64,000 nt of DNA from a virus, in IMG/VR virus record IMGVR_UViG_3300048033_000857, positions 1 through 64,000 of that record; one strand, written 5' to 3'. Position numbers and translations under genes: made by a program. The notes under the pieces were generated by a model, which did no database searches, had not been told where the DNA came from, and was given only the letters and a program-made list of their open reading frames with translations. Of the stretch, positions 9,506 to 20,269 are shown one piece after another (the stretch's first letter is position 1; every line of letters begins with the position of its first letter).

Positions 9506-11183
9506 AATATTTATAGGATGGGATAGTCGAGAAGACATTGCATATCAAGTTGCAAAACAAAGTATTAAAGATACTGCTACTATTCCTGTAGAAATTATTC
9601 CTCTTAAACAAAAAAACTTGCGCAAAGACAAAGTATATTGGCGAGACGAAGATAAACTTGCAAGTACTGAGTTTACGTTTACAAGATTTCTTGTTCCGCA
9701 TCTTGCAGATTATAAAGGATGGGCACTGTTTATCGATTGTGACTTTGTTGCATTAGACGATGTTAAACGACTATACAAACAACGTGATGACAAGTATGCT
9801 ATTATGTGTGCTCAGCATGATTACACGCCTAAAGAAGGCACAAAAATGGATGGCAAAAAACAATTAAATTACCCACGTAAAAACTGGTCAAGTATGATGT
9901 TAATTAATTGTGGTCATCCAAGTAACGCACAGCTAACTAAAGAACTTGTTAATGATAAAAAGATTACTGGAAAATATTTGCATAGGTTTAGTTGGTTAGA
10001 CGACAGCGAAATTGGTAAGATAAGTCACGAATGGAATTGGTTAGTAGGATGGTATAAAGAGCCTCAAGACGGTAAACCTAAATTTTTACACTATACCGAA
10101 GGCGGTCCTTGGTTTGAAGAGTACTATAATTGTGAGTATGCTAGTGAATATTACAAAATAGAAAGAAAACATTTATCTACGACATTACATTCATATACAA
10201 AAAAGTTGACTGAAGAACGACTACTTCCAAAAACAGTAGAAAGTTTAACATTAAATCCTAAATTTAAAGATGCAATTAAAGCAGTAAATTATGCATTAAT
10301 AGATCCATCTGGACAATATTACGGATATACGGAGGAACAAGCATTGAAAATTATACAAAATAAATTTCAAGAAGGCAAAACAAATAAAGTTGCAGCAATA
10401 TTTAATGACGACATATCTTATGAAAAGAAATCGTATGATGAATATTTACAAGCCTTTACATATGGTTGTAATGGCAGACTTAGTACATTTTCGGAAGAAC
10501 TACCCGGTAAAGGTCCATTACTTATGCGAGGAGTAGGTAAAGCAACACGCGAAGCAGTTACACATTGCTGGGAAACAAAAAGAGATTTTTATTATATTGA
10601 TACAGGTTATTTTGGAAATGAAAAAAGTAAATCAAAAGGTTGGCATCGAATTACAAAAAATAATCTGCAAAATTTAGGACCTATTATAGAACGTCCAACA
10701 GATAGACTTCTACGTTGGAAATATAAAAAGTTTAGGCCAGGTAAAAAAATATTAATATGTCCCCCAAGTGAAAAGGTTATGATGTTATTTAATCAGCCAA
10801 CACCAAAAGAGTGGACAGAACAAGTTATTGCAGAATTAAAACAATATACTAATAGACCAATTGAAGTAAGATTAAAACCGAATAGAACTGAACGTATCTC
10901 AAATATGTCTATAGAAGCAGCACTAGATAATGATGTCCATTGCTTAATTACATACAATAGTATTGCTGCACTTGAAGCGTTAATGAATGGTAAGCCGGCT
11001 ATTGCCCTTGGACCTAATTGTGCATCATTGGTGTGTAATACTGATTTAGCAGATATTGAAAAATTACATATTCCTGATCAAGATGAAATGACTGCATTAA
11101 TGGCCCATTTAAGCTATGCACAATTTTCAAAAGAGGAAATGATGAACGGATATGCTTGGGATATAGTAAATGAAAGTAGTTAG
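9489..11183 (+). CDS. Two-domain glycosyltransferase (GT8-like plus KpsS-like)
   Basis: IFIGWDSRE, STEFTFTRF, DCD, YPRKNWSS, HYTEGGPW; C-terminal TYNSIAALEALMNGKP; TTG start at 9489 after GGAGGA. Confidence 0.75.
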   Translation: MNEPLKIFIGWDSREDIAYQVAKQSIKDTATIPVEIIPLKQKNLRKDKVYWRDEDKLASTEFTFTRFLVPHLADYKGWALFIDCDFVALDDVKRLYKQRDDKYAIMCAQHDYTPKEGTKMDGKKQLNYPRKNWSSMMLINCGHPSNAQLTKELVNDKKITGKYLHRFSWLDDSEIGKISHEWNWLVGWYKEPQDGKPKFLHYTEGGPWFEEYYNCEYASEYYKIERKHLSTTLHSYTKKLTEERLLPKTVESLTLNPKFKDAIKAVNYALIDPSGQYYGYTEEQALKIIQNKFQEGKTNKVAAIFNDDISYEKKSYDEYLQAFTYGCNGRLSTFSEELPGKGPLLMRGVGKATREAVTHCWETKRDFYYIDTGYFGNEKSKSKGWHRITKNNLQNLGPIIERPTDRLLRWKYKKFRPGKKILICPPSEKVMMLFNQPTPKEWTEQVIAELKQYTNRPIEVRLKPNRTERISNMSIEAALDNDVHCLITYNSIAALEALMNGKPAIALGPNCASLVCNTDLADIEKLHIPDQDEMTALMAHLSYAQFSKEEMMNGYAWDIVNESS

Positions 11184-12096
11184 TTACTATGATGTAGTAC
11201 CTTCTAAAAATAGAAGTCAAGAAAAATTTGATATACTTACTAAGTTTATTAAAGGAGTCAACGCCGCGGGCGATGTTGGCATACTGCAACGTGGTACTGA
11301 GTTAATTGAAGCTGATGTAGGAGTAATTCAAGGTTGGCAACATGAGCGCGGCAAAAATGCTCCTCATTTACGTTTACGTCAAAGTGTAATTGACTGTACT
11401 AAAAATACTCATGTTTGTTGTGCAGATGCAAACTTATTTTTATATTCAAACAAAACTAATAAACCACATCATTATTTACGATACAGTTTTGACGGAGTAT
11501 TTCCTAATACAGGACAGTATTTTGATAGCAATCCAGATCCAAAGCGTTGGCAACAAATTAGTCAAGATACTGGAATTTTTTTAGATAATAAAAAATATAA
11601 TAATGGACATATTTTAATTTGTGCGCAGCGCGAAGGTGGATGGAGTATGGGACAACAAAATCTTGACAAATGGCTTATTAATACCTGTAAAGAAATTAGA
11701 AAATATTCAGATCGTCCTATAAGGGTTAGACTTCATCCTAAAGATAATCAAACTAATAGACGGGCTACTGAAATAAGCAGACTACTTAGACAAATAAAAT
11801 TTGCTACATTACAAAGTAATCGGTATTCTTTTGAAGATGATCTTAAAGGGTGCTGGGCTGTAGTTAATCATAATAGTAGTTCGATTGTTGGGCCTATAAT
11901 ACAAGGATACAATGCATTTATAACAGACCCTAAAACAAGCCAATGTGCAGAAGTATCACATCACGGGTTTGAAAAATTAGAATCACCTCAAGAGTTTGAT
12001 AGACAAAAATGGTTAGAACGTATTAGTATGTTTCATTGGAAATTTAGTGAACTAGAAGATGGGACTGCGTGGCGTCATATGAGACAATACGTTTAG
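11170..12096 (+). CDS. KpsC/KpsS-like glycosyltransferase
   Basis: AQR, VRLHP, VVNHNSS motifs; paralog of 6603-7541. Confidence 0.6.
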   Translation: MKVVSYYDVVPSKNRSQEKFDILTKFIKGVNAAGDVGILQRGTELIEADVGVIQGWQHERGKNAPHLRLRQSVIDCTKNTHVCCADANLFLYSNKTNKPHHYLRYSFDGVFPNTGQYFDSNPDPKRWQQISQDTGIFLDNKKYNNGHILICAQREGGWSMGQQNLDKWLINTCKEIRKYSDRPIRVRLHPKDNQTNRRATEISRLLRQIKFATLQSNRYSFEDDLKGCWAVVNHNSSSIVGPIIQGYNAFITDPKTSQCAEVSHHGFEKLESPQEFDRQKWLERISMFHWKFSELEDGTAWRHMRQYV

Positions 12097-12099
12097 CTG

Positions 12100-12939
12100 T
12101 TAAGATTTCCAATACTCTTCAGGTCTGTTTATCATTAAATCTTTATTTAAACTTTTGCCAGTATCTTTGCGGCCACCTTTCATATGATCCATAAATCTAC
12201 CTAGTGGTCCGTTAATAAGCGGATGTCCTCCTCCGCCTGTTTTAGCTTCTTTAAGATACATTTCTGCACTATAGTCATGTGATGGAAATTCTTTATATTT
12301 GTTTAGTATTTCTCCAAATACATAACTATCATGCCATTCGTCTAACTTAAACATTCCATTTTCTGCATCTTCGTACATTGCTTCAAAGTCTTTCATAAAC
12401 TCGTGACACACAGGATGGTTTTTATTCATACCGTAAAACCCGCACTCGGGCCACGTTTGCGATCCTTTGCCTCTGCCAACATATGTAATGTAAGAACTTT
12501 TTGGAAGTAATGAAATAAAATCCTCGTAACTCCACGGACTATGGATATAACTATCTGCGTCCATCCACACAATCCAATCTTTGCCTTTTTCAAATGCATC
12601 AAATACTGCATAAGTTTTATTAGCAAATCTAATACCATCCCATTTAAATGCTTTATGCCAATCTCTCGGACGTCTTGCTTTTATATCATCTGGAGGAATG
12701 CCATTTGCTCTAGGATCGTTCTTGTATTTTTCTTTAAATGCATTTAGTTTAGGCAATGCTTTTTCTGCACTTAATATTTCTATTCTTCTTGTATCTGGAT
12801 TAGTTGGTAATATTCCTTCGGCATATACTACTAATTTAATTCTCGGATCTACTTGCTTTGCAAAACTTTCTAAAAATCTTTGTCCGTATTTTGAATATCC
12901 ATCTGGATGAAAAGTTGTAACCACAGTTATTGCTGACAT
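12100..12939 (-). CDS. GT-A fold glycosyltransferase
   Basis: WMDAD, ECGF, EWHDSYVF, DHMKG. Confidence 0.65.
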   Translation of the reverse strand: MSAITVVTTFHPDGYSKYGQRFLESFAKQVDPRIKLVVYAEGILPTNPDTRRIEILSAEKALPKLNAFKEKYKNDPRANGIPPDDIKARRPRDWHKAFKWDGIRFANKTYAVFDAFEKGKDWIVWMDADSYIHSPWSYEDFISLLPKSSYITYVGRGKGSQTWPECGFYGMNKNHPVCHEFMKDFEAMYEDAENGMFKLDEWHDSYVFGEILNKYKEFPSHDYSAEMYLKEAKTGGGGHPLINGPLGRFMDHMKGGRKDTGKSLNKDLMINRPEEYWKS

Positions 12940-12981
12940 TGTGTTCCTCGTGTAAATATGCTATATGAAAGTATTTAACAT

Positions 12982-13836
12982 ATGAGATTTAGTTTATGGA
13001 CAAAATATGGCGCACTTAATAGTAGAGAAGTTTTTGCTGCCTTTGCTGACAGTCTTGTGGCTGCTGGGCATGATGTTGTTTGGAATGATCCTATTTGTGA
13101 TGTTGATGTTATTTGGAGTGTGCTTTTCTCTGGTAGAATGGCTCAGAATAAAAACATCTGGGAAAGGAACGTGGCACAATCCAAACCGACCGTGGTCTTA
13201 GAAGTTGGTGGTATTAAACGTGGAACAACATGGAAGGTAGGATTAAATGGTATTAATCGCGACGGTTACTTTGGTACTAATGGCAATAATAGTGATCGTA
13301 GAATTTCCTTAGGATTACAAGCCAAGCCTTGGCGTACAGATGGCGAATATATTCTAATAGCAGGACAGCACGATAAAAGTCTACAGTGGAATAATATGCC
13401 TCGTATAAGCAATTGGTTCTTGCAAACTTACGACACAATAAGAGAACATACAGACAGGCCGATATTATTTCGACCCCACCCGCGTTGTAGATTGCCGCAT
13501 ATTGAACGTGGTCTTAAAAATGTAATTAGACAGGAGCCACAATATGTTAACGGCACTTATGATGATTTTGATATGCAGTTTAGTAATATATGGGCTACTG
13601 TTAGTTACTCGAGCAATCCTGGAATTCATTCTGTCCTTTCCGGCGTTCCTAGTTTTGTTAGTAATCACAGTCTTGCTTATCCTGTAGCCAACGACATAGA
13701 CTTTCTATACGACATAGAGAATCCTGTGATGCCAGATAGACAGCAATGGCTAAACGACTACGCACATACCGAATGGACCGTTGAAGAAATTTCTCAAGGA
13801 ATTCCACTTAAACGCTTGACATCTAAGTTATTTTAA
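12982..13836 (+). CDS. KpsC/KpsS-like glycosyltransferase
   Basis: GQHDKS, FRPHP, SYSSNPGIHSVLSGVP. Confidence 0.6.
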   Translation: MRFSLWTKYGALNSREVFAAFADSLVAAGHDVVWNDPICDVDVIWSVLFSGRMAQNKNIWERNVAQSKPTVVLEVGGIKRGTTWKVGLNGINRDGYFGTNGNNSDRRISLGLQAKPWRTDGEYILIAGQHDKSLQWNNMPRISNWFLQTYDTIREHTDRPILFRPHPRCRLPHIERGLKNVIRQEPQYVNGTYDDFDMQFSNIWATVSYSSNPGIHSVLSGVPSFVSNHSLAYPVANDIDFLYDIENPVMPDRQQWLNDYAHTEWTVEEISQGIPLKRLTSKLF

Positions 13837-13844
13837 GTTATAAT
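13816..13844 (+). promoter_or_regulatory. Consensus sigma70 promoter giving a probable leaderless mRNA
   Basis: TTGACA(13816-21)-17-TATAAT(13839-44)-6 nt-ATG(13851). Confidence 0.85.
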
Positions 13845-13850
13845 TAACTT

Positions 13851-15098
13851 ATGAATAATGTAGCTAACAGTATTGAAGATCTTCTAGAAACTCTTGCAGG
13901 ATTGCAAGGGCAAGCAACGATGCAAATTGAATCTAGCGATGCAACTATTATGCATAGTATTGCTAGACAAACATTTAGAGGCACAGCACTAACAGACAGG
14001 CAGCAAGCTCTTATAATAGAAAAGCTACAAACATATCGAGAGCAGTTTACGATATTAGACTACGACTTTGACACCGCAATTAATATACTACGCCAGCCCT
14101 TACGTGTTATTGATCGTAGTAAATATATTAAAATTGTAAACACAAATGAAGTATACAATAATGGTGGATACGAATCTTATAAAGAGAAGTGGAATTGGAT
14201 TAAAATAAGATTTCCTTTCAGCAAAAAATTAATTATAATTTTAGATTCGTTAAACAAGTCGACAGATTATTATCACGAAAAGGGCTCACACGAGCACTTC
14301 TTTCACCTTACAGAACAAAATTTATATAATGTAATTAATGCGTTTATTGATAAAAACTTTGAAATTGAAAGTACTTTACTAGAAAATTATTACATTATAA
14401 AAGATATGATTTCTAAAAAAGAAGATTATATTCCAGGAGTTTATAATTTTAAATTAAAAACAGTTACTGAAGCTTCGTACGACTATATAACTAATGTACT
14501 TGGTACTCCAAATATTCATAATCTTGCTGAATTTTATGACAAAAGAAAAACATTAGGTCTATCATATTTTGACAGTGTTGAATTAGAAAAAAGTTTAGCA
14601 TCCTATACTAATTTAACTCAAAAACTCATTATGCGTGAAAAAAATACGGTAATGGTCAATTCAAACAAATATACGTTTAATAATCTTGCAAATAGTTTAA
14701 TTGAAATGAAACGTTTTCCGTTGTTAGTAATTTTAACAGAATCGGAACCATTAGACAGTTTAATTCAAGTACACAGTGCGTTTAGTGGTTTTATTAATAA
14801 CAGCGAATGCACAGTAATGTTTAGATTAGATAATGAAAATAATTTTAATTTTAACAAATATATAAAAGATAACAATTTAAATTCTCCACTTGACAAAAAT
14901 ACAAAAGTAGTGTATATTAATACAAATAAAGTACCAAAGCCTTTAATTAAATCTAAATGGGTTGGAAGTACAGTACTAACACTACAAAGTTATTATATGA
15001 ATTCAAATATAGTAAATTACATACAAGAATATGACATGTGTGTGCAATACGATAATAATGTATCACAGTACATGCGATCGTCAATACAGGAAATTTAA
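13851..15098 (+). CDS. Hypothetical protein upstream of UvsW
   Basis: 415-aa ORF with its own promoter, coupled to the helicase; no motif recognised. Confidence 0.7.
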   Translation: MNNVANSIEDLLETLAGLQGQATMQIESSDATIMHSIARQTFRGTALTDRQQALIIEKLQTYREQFTILDYDFDTAINILRQPLRVIDRSKYIKIVNTNEVYNNGGYESYKEKWNWIKIRFPFSKKLIIILDSLNKSTDYYHEKGSHEHFFHLTEQNLYNVINAFIDKNFEIESTLLENYYIIKDMISKKEDYIPGVYNFKLKTVTEASYDYITNVLGTPNIHNLAEFYDKRKTLGLSYFDSVELEKSLASYTNLTQKLIMREKNTVMVNSNKYTFNNLANSLIEMKRFPLLVILTESEPLDSLIQVHSAFSGFINNSECTVMFRLDNENNFNFNKYIKDNNLNSPLDKNTKVVYINTNKVPKPLIKSKWVGSTVLTLQSYYMNSNIVNYIQEYDMCVQYDNNVSQYMRSSIQEI

Positions 15099-16564
15099 TG
15101 GCCAGTTGTAAACTAATAATTGAAGATGAAGTAAACATCAAGTTAGAAGGACTAGCAGTAGATGTACGAAGAAAAGTTGCAAATGCTCTTAAGTTTGAAG
15201 TGCCTTATGCAAAGTACATGCCACAGTATAAGCTAGGACGCTGGGATGGCAAAGTTGCATTCTTTGGCATTGGCGGCAGTGGATACGTTAATCACCTCGA
15301 TACTATTGTAGAAGTTCTCACAAAAAACAATGTACAAATTGTAGACATTGAAGACAACAGACATCCAATTAAATTAGACTTTACACCAGTAACAGAAAAC
15401 TATTGGAAAGATCAAGGTGTTGTATGGCCAGAGGGTCATCCAGCAGAGGGCGAAGACATTATTCTACGCGACTATCAAGTTGAAGCAATCAACAACTTTA
15501 TTTCTAATCCGCAGAGTCTACAGCAAATTGCTACAGGCGCAGGCAAAACAATTACAACAGCTACGTTATCACACATCAGTGAACCTTACGGGCGTAGCCT
15601 TGTTATTGTGCCTAATAAGTCCTTGGTTGAGCAGACAGAGGAAGACTATATTAACTGTGGATTAGACGTAGGGGTGTACTTCGGAGACAGAAAGCAACTA
15701 GGTAAGACTCACACTATCTGTACATGGCAGAGCTTAAACATTCTAGATAAGAAGTTTAAAGACGGCAGTGCAGTACTTGGACTCGCAGAGTTCTTGGAGG
15801 GTGTTAGCACTATTATTGTCGACGAAGTACACCAAGCCAAAGCAGAAGTTCTTAAGAACTTGCTTACACGCAACCTACGTAACGCTCCTATCCGTTGGGG
15901 ACTAACAGGTACAGTGCCTAAAGAGAAGTTTGAGTTTGAAAGTATTCACGCATCACTAGGTCCTGTTATCGGACAGATCAGTGCTAAGGAACTACAGGAC
16001 AAAGGTGTACTTGCACAATGTCATGTTAACGTAGTGCAATTAATTGATACAGTAGTGCATACAGATTATCAATCAGAATTAAAATATCTTGTGACAAACA
16101 AAGACAGAATAGAATACTTAGGCAAATTATTAAGCACAGTAAAAGAATCAGGCAACACACTTATACTAGTAGATAGAATTAGTGCAGGCGAAGCACTAGC
16201 AGAACTTATACCAGGCAGCACGTTTGTAAGCGGCGCTGTTAAGAACAAAGACAGAAAAGAAACATATGATACAATTCGCGAAGGCACTAATGAAGTTATT
16301 ATTGCAACCTACGGTGTTGCTGCCGTTGGTCTCAACATTCCTCGCATTTTTAACTTGGTACTTCTTGAACCTGGCAAGTCTTTTGTACGTGTAATTCAAT
16401 CTATTGGTAGAGGTGTAAGAAAGGCAAAGGACAAAGACTTCGTGCAAATATGGGATCTTACAAGTACGTGTAAGTTTGCGAAGCGGCACCTTACGCAGCG
16501 TAAAAAGTTTTACAAAGAGGCGCAGTATCCATTTACAATAGAAAAGGTAGATTGGAATGTTTAA
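15098..16564 (+). CDS. uvsW: SF2 DNA helicase UvsW-like
   Basis: LRDYQ, ATGAGKT, DEVH, GLTGT, QSIGRGVR. Confidence 0.9.
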   Translation: MASCKLIIEDEVNIKLEGLAVDVRRKVANALKFEVPYAKYMPQYKLGRWDGKVAFFGIGGSGYVNHLDTIVEVLTKNNVQIVDIEDNRHPIKLDFTPVTENYWKDQGVVWPEGHPAEGEDIILRDYQVEAINNFISNPQSLQQIATGAGKTITTATLSHISEPYGRSLVIVPNKSLVEQTEEDYINCGLDVGVYFGDRKQLGKTHTICTWQSLNILDKKFKDGSAVLGLAEFLEGVSTIIVDEVHQAKAEVLKNLLTRNLRNAPIRWGLTGTVPKEKFEFESIHASLGPVIGQISAKELQDKGVLAQCHVNVVQLIDTVVHTDYQSELKYLVTNKDRIEYLGKLLSTVKESGNTLILVDRISAGEALAELIPGSTFVSGAVKNKDRKETYDTIREGTNEVIIATYGVAAVGLNIPRIFNLVLLEPGKSFVRVIQSIGRGVRKAKDKDFVQIWDLTSTCKFAKRHLTQRKKFYKEAQYPFTIEKVDWNV

Positions 16565-17273
16565 GAAAAAAGAAAAACTTAAACTTACTGCATACGCTCC
16601 TTCTACAGGACTTATTGATTTGTTTCCAGTTGTTAAATCTCAAATGCCTTCATGGTTTAAGACATTAGGGCGAAACAACTTAAAATCAAATAAGCCATTA
16701 AATGCAAAAGTGTGTACTGGACTATTAGATTTATATGCCGACTCGATAACTATTCCTGCCTGGCAAGATATATCAATTACAGTATTTCCAAACGGTGAAA
16801 CTTCAGTTGAAGTACAAAACGAAAAATGGGGAGCAGTTGTTTTTACTCATCAATTAGATGTACAAGCACCTGGCGTATGGCCTAACCATATTGCTGTTAA
16901 ATTTGTTTCTCCGTGGTTAATGGAATGCAATAAAGATATTAAATGGCATTCAGTACAACCTACTTGGGATCAAATATCGCCGTGTGATTTTGTAATTATT
17001 CCAGGAACATTTGAATTTAAGTATTACAACAGATCAAATATATTTGCTCTGTTTCCAATAAAAGAAAAACCAGTAACTTACAACATCAAAGCAGGAGAAC
17101 CATTAGCTATGCTTCTTCCTGGTACTGATGAAGATTATGATCTAAGTTGCGAATTTATTAGTCACGATGACGCTGAAAGAATATTAACTAAAATATGGGA
17201 GTTTAAACCGGGTCTAGCTTATCAAAGATTTAGATCTTATTTAAGGAAAAAAAATGCAAATACTAACACTTGA
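16557..17273 (+). CDS. Hypothetical protein (paralog of 24843-25556)
   Basis: Shared P.WFK..K.C...D....IP.W.D..KF..PW pattern. Confidence 0.6.
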   Translation: MFKKKEKLKLTAYAPSTGLIDLFPVVKSQMPSWFKTLGRNNLKSNKPLNAKVCTGLLDLYADSITIPAWQDISITVFPNGETSVEVQNEKWGAVVFTHQLDVQAPGVWPNHIAVKFVSPWLMECNKDIKWHSVQPTWDQISPCDFVIIPGTFEFKYYNRSNIFALFPIKEKPVTYNIKAGEPLAMLLPGTDEDYDLSCEFISHDDAERILTKIWEFKPGLAYQRFRSYLRKKNANTNT

Positions 17274-17760
17274 TAATAAATGTTTTAAATTAAACAGTTT
17301 ACCGGATACAATAACAGATGAAATACATTTTAGTATTTTAGATAACTCGGACCCAAAAGTTCCAGACTTCTTTTTTGTACCTTTAATTTTTGTAGAATCT
17401 TTTTCTGCACCTGCTATTGTAATGGAAATTAATGGTAAAGAGATAATGATGCCGGTAGACTGGTGTATGGCAGTTGGCGATAGTCAAACAGGTAATGATT
17501 TAGAAATTCTGCCATTGACATCAATTAATGATAGAGGCTTTGAGGCATTTTTATTTAACCCGTTAACTAGTTATAAAACTGAGTTTGGCGACATAAAAAT
17601 TACTAATTTTTACAACGATGTAAAATGGTACTTTCCTAAGATGCGTAATGGACAATTATTAAGTGTACCAATTACTGAAGGAGACAAACCTTTGTGCGCA
17701 TTTTTTGTAAAAGATATTAGTAGACAATGCGAAGTAATTGAGTATTCACAGTTATTATAA
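17254..17760 (+). CDS. Hypothetical phage protein
   Basis: 168-aa ORF in operon context. Confidence 0.65.
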   Translation: MQILTLDNKCFKLNSLPDTITDEIHFSILDNSDPKVPDFFFVPLIFVESFSAPAIVMEINGKEIMMPVDWCMAVGDSQTGNDLEILPLTSINDRGFEAFLFNPLTSYKTEFGDIKITNFYNDVKWYFPKMRNGQLLSVPITEGDKPLCAFFVKDISRQCEVIEYSQLL

Positions 17761-18344
17761 TGATAGAACATTTACAAACACATAACAATAATGACTTTAT
17801 AAAAGGATGGTATATTAAAGATACCAATATTTGTGATAAGTTAATTAACTATATTGAGACAAATAATAATGCTTATCAAGGTAGATCGTCTAATGGTGTA
17901 GATACTAATGTAAAAGACAGTTTAGACTGTCATCTTGACAATATTGAATTATTACAAGAATATGTAAATCAATTAATGCAAGTAGCATCGGCATACACTA
18001 ACGTATTTCCCTTTGCTAACTATTATGATCCTTGGGGTATTAATGATGTAGTTAACATACAGCGATATCTTCCGGGTCAAGGATATCATGAATGGCATAC
18101 AGAACGTACTGGGACACATCCAATACCAAGTACCCGTCATTTAGTATTCATGACATATTTAAATGATGTTAACGACGGCGGCGAAACAGAATTCTATCAT
18201 CAAAACATAAAAGTTAAACCCGAGAAAGGATTAACTTTAATTTGGCCGGCAGACTGGACTTACACACATAGAGGTGTACCATCAACTACAGAAACAAAAT
18301 ATATAGTTACTGGCTGGTTTAACTATTTTGGAGGAGAAAGGTAA
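17760..18344 (+). CDS. 2OG-Fe(II) oxygenase (prolyl-hydroxylase-like)
   Basis: WHTE, YLNDVNDGGETEF, HRG, KYIVTGW. Confidence 0.85.
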   Translation: MIEHLQTHNNNDFIKGWYIKDTNICDKLINYIETNNNAYQGRSSNGVDTNVKDSLDCHLDNIELLQEYVNQLMQVASAYTNVFPFANYYDPWGINDVVNIQRYLPGQGYHEWHTERTGTHPIPSTRHLVFMTYLNDVNDGGETEFYHQNIKVKPEKGLTLIWPADWTYTHRGVPSTTETKYIVTGWFNYFGGER

Positions 18345-18706
18345 TGACAATGAAAGCAGGAAAGATTTGGGGTCAAACAGAATTGATCCACGCAAACGGT
18401 GTACTAGAGTTTCACCGTATTGAATACAAAGCAGGATACAAATGCTCGGAGCATGAGCATCAATATAAATGGAACGGATTCTTTGTTGAATCGGGCAAGA
18501 TGCTTGTCCGTGTTTGGCAAGATGATCAGGGACTAGTAGATGAAACTATCCTTGAAGCTGGTGACTTTACACAAGTAAAGCCTGGCAAAATTCACCAGTT
18601 CGAAGGTTTAGAAGACGGTGTCGCTTTTGAACTATACTGGGCTGAATTTAATCACGATGACATTGTTCGTCGTACAAGCGGCACAGCAACAAAAGGAAAG
18701 AAGTAA
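18344..18706 (+). CDS. Cupin-fold protein
   Basis: KIWG, CSEHEH..K.NGFFVESG, HQF. Confidence 0.7.
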   Translation: MTMKAGKIWGQTELIHANGVLEFHRIEYKAGYKCSEHEHQYKWNGFFVESGKMLVRVWQDDQGLVDETILEAGDFTQVKPGKIHQFEGLEDGVAFELYWAEFNHDDIVRRTSGTATKGKK

Positions 18707-18709
18707 GAA

Positions 18710-19318
18710 ATGTTTAAGAACATCGATAAAATGATGATGCTAAAACTTGCATTTTTGCACGTTGTAGTTATCACGGTAAGTAACGCACTAGTCAACATTC
18801 CAGTTGAGATTGCAGGCGTTAAACTAACGTGGGCGGCATTTACGTTCCCATTAGTTATTATTGCTACTGATTTGACAGTACGTTTGTTAGGCAAGAACAT
18901 TGCTAGAGCAACTATTGCAGCAGCATATCCAATTGCTATTATTACAAGTATTGCAGTAGTACTAGCAGAAGGTGCTCCAGAAAGTGTAGCATTACGTATT
19001 GGCTTTGCAAGTGCAACAGCATATGCAGTAGGTACATTTATTGACGTATACGTGTTCCAAGCAATTAGAGAACGTATGAGTGTATGGTGGTTAGCACCTG
19101 CATTGTCAACTGTAGTTGCAAACGTAATTGACAGTTATACATTCTTTGCAGTTGCATTCAACAACAGTGCAGACGAGTATATGGCTGCTAACTGGATGGA
19201 AATTGCAACAAGCCAAGCAGGCTTAAAGATTGCTGTAGGACTAATAATCTTCCTACCAGCATACGGTGTTCTACTACGTTACCTCAAAGGACGTATGAAT
19301 GACACAGACGCAGGATAA
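18710..19318 (+). CDS. yhhQ: VUT family / YhhQ-like queuosine precursor (preQ0/preQ1) transporter
   Basis: Multi-pass membrane protein with SNALV, TWAAFTFP, TDLTVR, R...ASA.AY..G..IDV.VF, DS..FF..AF. Confidence 0.82.
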   Translation: MFKNIDKMMMLKLAFLHVVVITVSNALVNIPVEIAGVKLTWAAFTFPLVIIATDLTVRLLGKNIARATIAAAYPIAIITSIAVVLAEGAPESVALRIGFASATAYAVGTFIDVYVFQAIRERMSVWWLAPALSTVVANVIDSYTFFAVAFNNSADEYMAANWMEIATSQAGLKIAVGLIIFLPAYGVLLRYLKGRMNDTDAG

Positions 19319-19568
19319 ACTTATTCCTGGCGAAGCCCTGATATATGAGCGTAGCAACGGTGTTGTCTACGCTCATTATCGCGACAAACCTGAGATACCT
19401 CGTTGGATTATAGGAGGAGATCCGGGTGCTGTTGCAAGAGCACAAGGTGAAATATTAGACTACGGTGAGTGGAAAAACTTATGCGAAGTAGCTTCAAAAA
19501 ATCCAACACTTAAAAACTTAATGGACAAGTTAGTTACTACGTATTATATAGTAAAGGATTCAAAATGA
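19299..19568 (+). CDS. Hypothetical protein
   Basis: ORF in operon context. Confidence 0.6.
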   Translation: MTQTQDKLIPGEALIYERSNGVVYAHYRDKPEIPRWIIGGDPGAVARAQGEILDYGEWKNLCEVASKNPTLKNLMDKLVTTYYIVKDSK

Positions 19569-20269
19569 AAGCTATTAATCATTTAATATTTCCAACAGTT
19601 ATTTCTCAAATACAGCATAACGTTTCTACTAGTGAAAAAGAAAAATGGTTTGAATTATATTTAAAAAATTCAAATACTGAAGGAGTGTCACAAGACTTTC
19701 TTGGATTTGAAGACATTCAAACAAATACTGTGTTTGAAGATCTCTTTATGAATAAATTAAGAGTCGGAATAAATGAATATTTTAAATCTCTTAGTATAGA
19801 CACAACTAAACTTGATGTACATTTAACTAAATGTTTTTTTAACGTCACTAATCAAAGTAGCATTGACATACACGATCATTCAGAGAATCATCTCTCGTTT
19901 ACATATTATCCTTATATTGCTAAATCTAAAGATAGAGATTTTATAATTTATAATGTTAACGAAGCACATAATAATGAACCGTATCCTCATTTTTTTAGCA
20001 ACTATGTTACTGAATGGACCGAAGTAAACAGTAATATTAATGCGTTTCCAATATATGAAGGTACTATGATAATATTTCCGTCAAGACTAAAACATTGTAT
20101 TGAATCACGAGAAGGCGACAGTTACGAGGACGGTAAGTCTTTTAAAGATAAGTCTTCATTGCTTCAAAGTCGATTTTGTGTAGCCGGAGATATGATATAT
20201 ACTCGAAAGTTAGAAATTAAAAATTACAATCGAGCGTTGTCAAATCCTAAAAATTGGAGAAGTTTATAA
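19565..20269 (+). CDS. Putative 2OG-Fe(II) oxygenase (TIGR02466-like)
   Basis: IFPT, HDH, EGTMIIFPSRLKH, RFCVA. Confidence 0.7.
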   Translation: MKAINHLIFPTVISQIQHNVSTSEKEKWFELYLKNSNTEGVSQDFLGFEDIQTNTVFEDLFMNKLRVGINEYFKSLSIDTTKLDVHLTKCFFNVTNQSSIDIHDHSENHLSFTYYPYIAKSKDRDFIIYNVNEAHNNEPYPHFFSNYVTEWTEVNSNINAFPIYEGTMIIFPSRLKHCIESREGDSYEDGKSFKDKSSLLQSRFCVAGDMIYTRKLEIKNYNRALSNPKNWRSL

